A stretch of 31,321 bases of DNA from a virus, in IMG/VR virus record IMGVR_UViG_3300044448_003259. The stretch is one strand, 5' to 3'. A model generated the notes under the pieces. That model was not told the origin of the DNA, made no database searches, and was given only the letters and a program-made list of their open reading frames with translations. Positions 1-7,114 of the stretch are shown piece after piece (the stretch's first letter is position 1; each line of letters begins with the position of its first letter). A program made the translations under genes and the position numbers.

Positions 1-96
1 TGTCATATTAAAGCTGAAATGGACAAAGAGTTTAATCAGCAATTAAAAGAACAAAATTTAATTAAACACAATCAATATGAAGAAAATAAGTATTAA
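1..96 (+). CDS. HNH endonuclease, 3' fragment (duplicate of 31195..31290, created by the terminal overlap)
   Basis: Reads ...CHIKAEMDKEFNQQLKEQNLIKHNQYEENKY* in the same frame as ORF 31015..31290. Stop TAA at 94-96. Confidence 0.85.
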   Translation, partial: CHIKAEMDKEFNQQLKEQNLIKHNQYEENKY

Positions 97-127
97 TAAA
101 GTTAAGCCTAATAAAGAAAACCCAAGA
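1..127. repeat. Terminal direct repeat, copy 1 (identical to 31195..31321). Assembly overlap indicating a closed circular contig with a 31,194 bp unit.
   Basis: Compared by eye: tgtcatattaaagctgaaatgg...aaagaaaacccaaga occurs at both ends. 127 nt is also a commonly used maximum assembler k-mer length. Confidence 0.95.
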
Positions 128-655
128 ATAATAAAGGGAGATAAGTTTAAAAAATTAGTAAAAAGTATTAAGGAGTTTCCTGAAATGCTAAAAATAAGAC
201 CTATTGTGGTTAATAAAGATTGTGTAGTGTTGGGTGGCAATATGAGATTAAGAGCTTGTATTGACGCTGGATTGAAAGAGGTTTATATAAAAGAGGTAGA
301 TTTATCAGAAGAAAAGCAGAAAGAGTTTATAATTAAAGATAACAACAGCTTTGGGGAGTGGGATTGGGACTTATTAGCTAATGATTGGAACAGCAAAGAG
401 CTAAACGAGTGGGGTATTGATGTTTGGGTTAATGAAATTGAAGATGACGAAAAAGAAATTGACGAAGATGCTTTTGCTTCACAAATAGATACCTATATAA
501 ACGCACAAATAAAGCAGATAGTATTGTATTATAATAGCGAGGAGTACGAAAACGCACTATTAAATTTTGAAAAGGTTAGAGAAAAAGAAAACCTAAACGA
601 CAATACAGAAGTGTTTGACTTTTTAATAAACAAATATTTTAAAAATGAATTATAA
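77..655 (+). CDS. ParB N-terminal domain (ParB/Srx-like nuclease/NTPase fold) protein
   Basis: KPNKENPRII...KLVKSIKEFPEMLKIRPIVV...VVLGGNMRLRAC matches the ParB N-terminal pattern (NPR box, GG-x-R-x-x-A). GEWDWDLL...ELNEWGID is a tail common in phage ParB-like proteins. Overlaps the HNH stop and the next gene. Confidence 0.75.
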   Translation: MKKISINKVKPNKENPRIIKGDKFKKLVKSIKEFPEMLKIRPIVVNKDCVVLGGNMRLRACIDAGLKEVYIKEVDLSEEKQKEFIIKDNNSFGEWDWDLLANDWNSKELNEWGIDVWVNEIEDDEKEIDEDAFASQIDTYINAQIKQIVLYYNSEEYENALLNFEKVREKENLNDNTEVFDFLINKYFKNEL

Positions 656-1391
656 AATAGCAATACCCTCATATAAAAGACCTGAAACTATAAAAAGAAA
701 AACATTAAAAATAATAGATGAGCATAATATTAATATTGATAGGGTTACAATATTTGTTGCAGATAAAGAAGAAGAACAAGAATACATAAATAGTTTAGGA
801 AGCAAATATAAAATAGTAGTGGGTGTTCCAACAATAGGAGAGCAAAGAAACTTTATAGAAAAATATTATAAAGAGGGAGAAAAGGTTTTAATGTTTGATG
901 ATGATATTGACGGAGTGTTTGTAAAAGACGGAAGCAAAATAAAGCCTATTGAAAATTTAGAAGAAGAATTTATAATAAAAGGATTTAATGAGTGCGAAAA
1001 AACAAACGCTAAATTTTTTGGATTGTATGCAGCAGCTAATGGTTATTTTATGAAACATAGAATATACAACAAGCTATGCTATATTTGTGGTGGTGTTTTT
1101 GGTGTAATAATACAGCACGATCCTTTTTTAAACAGAAGAACAAATCACGGAGAAGATTACGAATATAGTATAAGGCAGTATATAAAAAACAAGATTGTTG
1201 TAAGATTTGATTATATAACTATTAAATCTAAATTTTTTAAAGAGGAGGGTGGGCTACAAACAATAAGAACAAAAAAATACATATTTGATAGTATAAACAA
1301 GATTTATAGTATGTTTCCTAGCTATTGCACAATGTATATAAGAAAAAGTTCAGGTAACGCTGAATTAAGATTAAGAGATAAAAGCTTATGA
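645..1391 (+). CDS. GT-A fold glycosyltransferase, TET-associated glycosyltransferase (TAGT)-like
   Basis: N-terminal IAIPSYKRPE strand and a DxD motif (LMFDDDIDG). ATGA-coupled to the TET/JBP gene directly downstream. Confidence 0.6.
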   Translation: MNYKIAIPSYKRPETIKRKTLKIIDEHNINIDRVTIFVADKEEEQEYINSLGSKYKIVVGVPTIGEQRNFIEKYYKEGEKVLMFDDDIDGVFVKDGSKIKPIENLEEEFIIKGFNECEKTNAKFFGLYAAANGYFMKHRIYNKLCYICGGVFGVIIQHDPFLNRRTNHGEDYEYSIRQYIKNKIVVRFDYITIKSKFFKEEGGLQTIRTKKYIFDSINKIYSMFPSYCTMYIRKSSGNAELRLRDKSL

Positions 1392-2260
1392 AAAAAATAA
1401 AAGTAACAAGAAAAGAAATAAATAAGAAAGATTTTGTTAGAAGAACAGCACACCTATCTGATGTAACAAGACATATTAAGGAAGATTGTATTATTTGCAT
1501 AGATGATAAGCCTATATTACTATATAAAACATTAGAAGAAAAACCAAACAAAATAAGAAAAGCAGTTCAAAATGTTAAATACGGAGTAGGTAAAAGAGTA
1601 CACGGTTTAAAAAGTCAAAGTGCAGTATTCGGATATAAACCAAGACAAGAGAATAGGCAAGATTATTGTAGTGCTTCTGCTATGGGAAAAAACCACCCAA
1701 AAGAACACTACCTAATAAGCCAATATGCACAAGAAATAGAAAAACATTATAAAGAACATTTTCCTGAAACATACGATAACCACCAAAAAGAAGTAAAGGA
1801 AAGAGTAAAAGAGGAGTGGGTAATAAAAGATACGGTATTTACAAGTGGAATAGTAAACAAAAACAATCAGCTTAATTATCACTTTGATAGTGGAAACTTT
1901 AAAAATGTATATAGCAATATGCTGGTATTTAAAGGTAATGTAAAGGGTGGTCATTTAGTTATACCTGAAATAGATATATCATTAGAAGTAGCAGATAGTT
2001 CCGTAACAATATTTGACGGACAAGATTTACTACACGGAGTTAGTCCTATAAAATATGTACACAAAGATTCTTATAGGTATTCAATAGTGTATTACTCATT
2101 ACAAAGAATGTGGCAGTGCCTTGAGATTAATGAAGAAATAGGTAGAATAAGAAAGGTTAAAATGGAAAGAGAAAAGAAAAGAATAGACCCTAAACACTTA
2201 GACGAATTAAATAAGAGGTATGTTGAAGCTAAAAATTATAAAAAAGATATAGAAAAATGA
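1388..2260 (+). CDS. TET/JBP-family 2-oxoglutarate/Fe(II) dioxygenase (predicted 5-methylcytosine oxidase)
   Basis: HxD (LNYHFDSGNF), distal His (DLLHGVSPI) and a 2OG-binding Arg in YRYSIVYYS, in the order and spacing of the double-stranded beta-helix. The R-x-S-x-V-x-Y stretch resembles the TET/JBP signature. Confidence 0.8.
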   Translation: MKKIKVTRKEINKKDFVRRTAHLSDVTRHIKEDCIICIDDKPILLYKTLEEKPNKIRKAVQNVKYGVGKRVHGLKSQSAVFGYKPRQENRQDYCSASAMGKNHPKEHYLISQYAQEIEKHYKEHFPETYDNHQKEVKERVKEEWVIKDTVFTSGIVNKNNQLNYHFDSGNFKNVYSNMLVFKGNVKGGHLVIPEIDISLEVADSSVTIFDGQDLLHGVSPIKYVHKDSYRYSIVYYSLQRMWQCLEINEEIGRIRKVKMEREKKRIDPKHLDELNKRYVEAKNYKKDIEK

Positions 2261-2634
2261 ACAAAACCGAACACACTAAAAAAGCACTATTAGACGCTTT
2301 AGAAAAATCATTAGGAATAGTAACTACTGCTTGTAAGAAAGTAGGAATAGGTAGAACAACTTATTATGATTGGTATAACAACGATCCTGATTTTAAAGAA
2401 AAGGTTGATGACCTTAAAAATGTTGCGTTAGATTTTGCAGAAAGCCAATTACATAAACAAATACAAGATAACTCTACCTCTGCAACTATATTCTACTTAA
2501 AAACACAGGGTAAAAAAAGGGGGTATATAGAAAGGCAAGAGGTAGATTTGTCTAGTGGTAACGAACAAATTAATAAAATAGAAATTGAAATCGTTGAATC
2601 TAAAGGGAACGGTAGTTCTACAAAAGAATCTTAA
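2257..2634 (+). CDS. terS: Terminase small subunit (HTH type)
   Basis: ALLDALEKSLGIVTTACKKVGIGRTTYYDWYNNDPDFKEKV...ATIFYLKTQGKKRGY is the typical N-terminal HTH small-terminase pattern. Lies immediately upstream of terL and overlaps it. Confidence 0.75.
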   Translation: MNKTEHTKKALLDALEKSLGIVTTACKKVGIGRTTYYDWYNNDPDFKEKVDDLKNVALDFAESQLHKQIQDNSTSATIFYLKTQGKKRGYIERQEVDLSSGNEQINKIEIEIVESKGNGSSTKES

Positions 2635-3754
2635 TGCTGGTACAAGAGTTGTAGTTAATCAAGGGGGAACAAGAAGCAGTAAAACATATTCATTAGCTCA
2701 ATTAATAATACTTAAAGCATTACAATCAAAGGGAAAGGTATATACCATTTGTCGTAAAACCCTACCTGCCTTAAAGGGTACCGCCTATCGTGATGTAATG
2801 TCTATATTAGAGGATCTTAATTTATACAATCCTGACAATCATAACAAGTCAGAATTAACATACACCTTAAATAATAATGAAATTGAGTTTATTTCAGTAG
2901 ATCAACCACAAAAAATTAGAGGTAGAAAGCGTAATGTGTTATGGCTTAATGAAGCAAATGAGTTTAGCTTTGAGGACTGGGTACAGCTCTCATTAAGAAC
3001 AACGGAAAATATCTATTTAGATTTTAACCCCTCAGATCCTTATTCGTGGATTTATGATAATGTAATAAATAGAGAAGATTGCACCTTTATTAAATCAACC
3101 TATTTAGACAATCCCTTTCTTCCACAAGAAACAATTAAAGAAATAGAAAGGTTAAAGGATTTAGATAGTAATTATTGGCAGATATATGGACTAGGAGATA
3201 TGGCTCAACCTACCGAAACTATATTTAGGCAGTTTAATCTATGCAATAATATACCAGCGGAATCAACGCTAATAGCTTTGGGTATGGACTTTGGCTATTC
3301 TAATGATCCTACCGCAATAGCAGAAGTATATAAGCTAAATGATAATTTGTATATAAATGAATTGGTATATAGCAAGGGATTGACAAATCAAGATATAGCA
3401 CAAAAATTAAGAGAGCTCAATATAACAAGACAAACAGAAATAATAGCAGATAGTGCTGAGCCTAAATCAATAGAAGAAATACATAGATTAGGGTTTAATA
3501 TAAAGGGAGCCAAGAAAGGGGCAGATAGTATTAATATGGGTATTGATGTATTAAGAAGATATAAGCTACATATTACAAAAAATAGCACAAATACCGTTAA
3601 TGAGTTTAAGTATTATAAGTGGCTTGTAGATAAGAATGGTAGGGTAATAAACAAACCTGCTACAAACCAATTAGACCACCTTATAGACGCTATTAGGTAT
3701 GTGGCTTTAAATAAGCTTACTACTAATTATAGTGGTAAATATTATATATTATGA
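2585..3754 (+). CDS. terL: Terminase large subunit
   Basis: Walker A-like NQGGTRSSKTYS and Walker B-like VLWLNEANEF. Nuclease motifs MDFGYSNDPTA and LDHLIDAIRYV. The frame opens only at 2582 and has no in-frame ATG, so the start must be TTG (2585 or 2594), overlapping terS by about 50 nt. Confidence 0.85.
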   Translation: MKSLNLKGTVVLQKNLNAGTRVVVNQGGTRSSKTYSLAQLIILKALQSKGKVYTICRKTLPALKGTAYRDVMSILEDLNLYNPDNHNKSELTYTLNNNEIEFISVDQPQKIRGRKRNVLWLNEANEFSFEDWVQLSLRTTENIYLDFNPSDPYSWIYDNVINREDCTFIKSTYLDNPFLPQETIKEIERLKDLDSNYWQIYGLGDMAQPTETIFRQFNLCNNIPAESTLIALGMDFGYSNDPTAIAEVYKLNDNLYINELVYSKGLTNQDIAQKLRELNITRQTEIIADSAEPKSIEEIHRLGFNIKGAKKGADSINMGIDVLRRYKLHITKNSTNTVNEFKYYKWLVDKNGRVINKPATNQLDHLIDAIRYVALNKLTTNYSGKYYIL

Positions 3755-3781
3755 ACAAAAACACTAAAACTATATTTATAT
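3750..3781 (+). promoter_or_regulatory. Bipartite promoter-like motif, copy C: TATGAACAAAA-N11-ATATTTATAT
   Basis: Same two boxes and the same 11-nt spacer as at 12719, 13770 and 16325. Ends 3 nt before the ATG at 3785. Confidence 0.5.
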
Positions 3782-3784
3782 AAA

Positions 3785-4411
3785 ATGAAGTACGAAGAAA
3801 TAGAATTAAAGATACCTACCAGCTGGAATGATATAACAATAGGAATGTATCAGCAATTTGTTAAGATTAACAAAAAGAAGTTTGATACTGATGAAGAAAG
3901 AACAGCAGAATTAATTTGTGCCTTATGTGAAGTAAAGCCAAGTCAATTAGAAAGATTTAAGTATAAGGATCTTAAATACATAGTAAAGAAAATATCTAAA
4001 TTAATGGATAGCGAGATAGATGATAAAACGCTAGTAAAGAAAGTAGATTTTAAAGGAAATAAATTAGGCTTAATACCAAACTTTAGCTCTATTACTTTAG
4101 GTGAGTTTGTTGATATAGAAAGCTATTGTAAAGATTCTTATAAAAACCTACACAAATTGATGAGTGTAATATATAGACCTATTGTAAAAGAAAAAGGGGA
4201 AAAGTATAATATTGAAGAATACAAGCCTGATGAGTTTAAAGCAGATGAGTATTTAGATTTTCCAATAGTAGCGTCAATGAGTTCATTGAGTTTTTTTTTT
4301 CGTTTAGGGAAACAACTCAAACTCGCTTTGCTCAAATATTCGAGCAGGGAAGTGGAGAGGAAGATCAAAAAGCTGAAAAGATTACAGAGAAGTGGGGTTG
4401 GTATAATGTGA
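3785..4411 (+). CDS. Hypothetical morphogenesis protein, 0-frame product. Candidate frameshift gene (tail-assembly-chaperone-like architecture).
   Basis: 208-aa ORF. A T10 run at 4291-4300 lies 37 codons before its stop. See the -1 frame extension feature. Confidence 0.6.
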   Translation: MKYEEIELKIPTSWNDITIGMYQQFVKINKKKFDTDEERTAELICALCEVKPSQLERFKYKDLKYIVKKISKLMDSEIDDKTLVKKVDFKGNKLGLIPNFSSITLGEFVDIESYCKDSYKNLHKLMSVIYRPIVKEKGEKYNIEEYKPDEFKADEYLDFPIVASMSSLSFFFRLGKQLKLALLKYSSREVERKIKKLKRLQRSGVGIM

Positions 4412-4551
4412 TATTTGCTTTGTGTAATGAGAATATTTTGAATGTAGAGCAAGTAACAAGATTAGAATTATATTTAGTTTTAACTTATATGTGCTATAAA
4501 CAAGATATGCAAAGCCAACAAAATAATAATTATAGTAAATACAAAGAATGA
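4291..4551 (+). other. T10 slippery run (4291-4300) plus an open -1 frame extension (4300..4551) that ends in an ATGA overlap with the next gene
   Basis: My translation of the -1 frame: FFFSFRETTQTRFAQIFEQGSGEEDQKAEKITEKWGWYNVIFALCNENILNVEQVTRLELYLVLTYMCYKQDMQSQQNNNYSKYKE*. No stops from 4249 to 4551. TGA at 4549-4551 overlaps the ATG at 4548. Confidence 0.6.
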
Positions 4552-5060
4552 TAACATACAAAAACATATCAGATATATTTCAGGATATAGCCACAAATCA
4601 TTATTTAATAAACTCCTATCATAATGGTTTTTTAGACGAGGTTGATGTAGATAAGATGAATGAAAGTAACTTTCCTATACTATATGTAGAGCCCTCAACA
4701 TCAACAATAGATCAAGGTGTGCTAACCTATTCTTGTAATGTTTATGTATTAAATTTATTAAAAGAAGATTTAAGCAATAGGGAGATAGTTTGGTCTAGTA
4801 CATTAGAAATAACGCAAGACATAATTGCAGAGTTTAAACAAAATCTATCACTACAAACATCAGGCGGTGATAGTGGTAAAAAATATAGCTATGCAGAAAA
4901 CGAAATAGTATTAGAGCTTCCAATAAGCACGGATCCTATTACTGCAAGATTTGCTAATATATTAACAGGCTGGGTTTCAGGAATCTCATTACAGGTTAAT
5001 AACGCTAATTCACTTTGCAACGCTCCTATTGAGCCAAGCGACAAAGACGCTAATACATAA
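4548..5060 (+). CDS. Hypothetical virion (neck/tail) protein
   Basis: 170-aa ORF, translationally coupled on both sides within the structural block. No motif recognised. Confidence 0.55.
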   Translation: MITYKNISDIFQDIATNHYLINSYHNGFLDEVDVDKMNESNFPILYVEPSTSTIDQGVLTYSCNVYVLNLLKEDLSNREIVWSSTLEITQDIIAEFKQNLSLQTSGGDSGKKYSYAENEIVLELPISTDPITARFANILTGWVSGISLQVNNANSLCNAPIEPSDKDANT

Positions 5061-5668
5061 TGCAGATAAAAATTAGAAACGCAAGAACAGGTAAATATAG
5101 TAAAGGACCAACTACTAATTCAATAAAAGCCTTTAAGGATTTTGGTACAGAAATAGTAACAAAGGGTAAAAAAATATTAAAGAAAAGTGAAAAGAAAGGA
5201 TCAGGAACATTAATAAATGACTATAAATATAAGTTTAAAAAGACAGGTAGCTCAATGGAGTTAACTTTTGAATTTGGTGGAGCTAAAGATTATTGGAAGT
5301 TTATAGATCAAGGTGTTGTTGGGGTAGGTGGCTATAAAGGAAGTGGTAATGCAAGGGGTAGAGGAAGTAAATATAAATTCAAATATGACAACCCAGCTGG
5401 AAAGTTAGTTGAAGCTTTAGAGGGTTGGATAAGTAGTAGGAGTATTCCTTTAAAAAATAAAATGACCATAACTCAAACAGCTTTTGCTATGGGTTATTCA
5501 ATTAAAAGGAGAGGTTTAGAAAGAACTTTATTTTTTACTAAACCAATGGATAAAATGTATAAGAAAATGCAAAAAAAGGTATTAAAAGCCTATGAGAAAG
5601 ATTTTCAAAAGGTTGTTGATAAAATGGATTCAGTAATAGCAGTATTAAAAGATAAATCAGAACTTTAA
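5060..5668 (+). CDS. Hypothetical virion protein, possibly HK97 gp10-like neck/tail-completion protein
   Basis: GSGTLINDYKYKFKKTGSSMELTFEFGGAKDYWKFIDQGVVG loosely resembles the TG-x-L...YA-x-fvE-x-G pattern of gp10-family proteins. Confidence 0.35.
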   Translation: MQIKIRNARTGKYSKGPTTNSIKAFKDFGTEIVTKGKKILKKSEKKGSGTLINDYKYKFKKTGSSMELTFEFGGAKDYWKFIDQGVVGVGGYKGSGNARGRGSKYKFKYDNPAGKLVEALEGWISSRSIPLKNKMTITQTAFAMGYSIKRRGLERTLFFTKPMDKMYKKMQKKVLKAYEKDFQKVVDKMDSVIAVLKDKSEL

Positions 5669-5671
5669 AAA

Positions 5672-7114
5672 ATGGCGTATACAATAGAACAAAAACCAAA
5701 CCAATTAGCAGGAGCAAATAGCCCTATGGTTTATGTATTAAAAGAAAGTGACGGAGCAATAACAGGAGCTAGTAAATTTAGATATATAGCACAAGTATAT
5801 ATAAGCACAACAGATGAAAGCACTTGGGTGGAAAAGGCTAAAATAAAAATATATAAAAATGCAGCAGGTGTTGGTATAGTAGATATACATAAAATAGTAA
5901 GAACATTTTTAGAAACACAAACACAAGTATCAATAGAGGATCCGTCAGGCACATTTACTGAATCAACAGGAATAACAGGTAATATACACTGTGCAGGTAT
6001 AGCTGTTGCCGATAGTCCCTTTTCATCTAATACAAGTCAATTAGTAGGAGTTAAATTAGTTGGTGGTTATGAAAAATCTACAAGTGCCACAGCAGCTCCA
6101 ACAGAAACATTAAATCAAGCCAATACAATAATATACTCAATACCTGCAACTACTCCATTTACATCAACAGCTTCTAATGTAGGGGGCTTAGATAAAGATG
6201 GAACTAACAATCCTTTAACTAATTATATTCCTAGTAGTAGCTCAAAGAAGTTTTTAACTAATTCTCCTACCGTTCAATTTGTGAGGGGTGGAGATGACGC
6301 AGCAGATAATGTAGACCACGCTACTGTTGGCTTTATACAAGATGGTAATAGTGTTTTAATAACTGACGGAGATCCTATTGTTAGAATATATGTACAATAC
6401 CACCAAGCAGATGGAACAAGTATAGGTTTGCACCATTTTGTTAATGAGCTAAATGGTGGTGGAATAGCTACTGCTGATGATGTGAGAAATAGCTTGTTAT
6501 ACTTTGGTTGTGGTACTAAAAATTTAGAAACCCAAAGTGATGTTACAGCAGCAAGACCTAGTAATAATGACGGTTGGGTTTATTATAGAGTGTGGGGAGC
6601 AAATGGAGATAATTCACAACAAGAAACAACCTATTATTATTTTTATAAATATGGAGCTAATGCTGGTGTAAACAATAGACACCAAAGTTGCACAAGATAT
6701 AACAACATTAGATTAGCTTGGGTAAATAGATTAGGCTGTTGGGACTATATGAATTTTAGAGGAAAGTCAGTTGAGGGTGTTGATATTAAAAGAAGCGAAA
6801 TGGAAAGTGTGCCCGGAACTTGGAATAATGCAACCTTTGCTTATGAAAATCAAGAGGGGGGAAGAAAGATTTTATTTACAGAAGCTAAAAGAAAATTAAA
6901 TATTAACTCTGATTGGCTAAATGAAGATGAGGCAGTATGGTTAGAGGAATTATTTACCTCTACTCAAGTACATCAAATACAAGACGATAGTGTTGTTTAT
7001 CCTGTTATAGTAACAAACAAATCATATACTAAAAAAACCAGCGTAAACAATAAGATTAAAATACAATACAAAATAACATTAGAATACGCAAACAAAGTAA
7101 GAACTAATAGCTGA
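5672..7114 (+). CDS. Tail structural protein (distal-tail/baseplate candidate)
   Basis: 480-aa ORF directly upstream of, and coupled (TGATG) to, the 1140-aa tail protein. No catalytic motif. Confidence 0.45.
   Translation: MAYTIEQKPNQLAGANSPMVYVLKESDGAITGASKFRYIAQVYISTTDESTWVEKAKIKIYKNAAGVGIVDIHKIVRTFLETQTQVSIEDPSGTFTESTGITGNIHCAGIAVADSPFSSNTSQLVGVKLVGGYEKSTSATAAPTETLNQANTIIYSIPATTPFTSTASNVGGLDKDGTNNPLTNYIPSSSSKKFLTNSPTVQFVRGGDDAADNVDHATVGFIQDGNSVLITDGDPIVRIYVQYHQADGTSIGLHHFVNELNGGGIATADDVRNSLLYFGCGTKNLETQSDVTAARPSNNDGWVYYRVWGANGDNSQQETTYYYFYKYGANAGVNNRHQSCTRYNNIRLAWVNRLGCWDYMNFRGKSVEGVDIKRSEMESVPGTWNNATFAYENQEGGRKILFTEAKRKLNINSDWLNEDEAVWLEELFTSTQVHQIQDDSVVYPVIVTNKSYTKKTSVNNKIKIQYKITLEYANKVRTNS

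Noticed and set aside
1-127. Terminal repeat as a biological direct terminal repeat or an att/cos element
   Set aside because: Its length of exactly 127 nt matches a common assembler k-mer. It cuts through the middle of two genes. An assembly overlap on a circular path is the simpler explanation.
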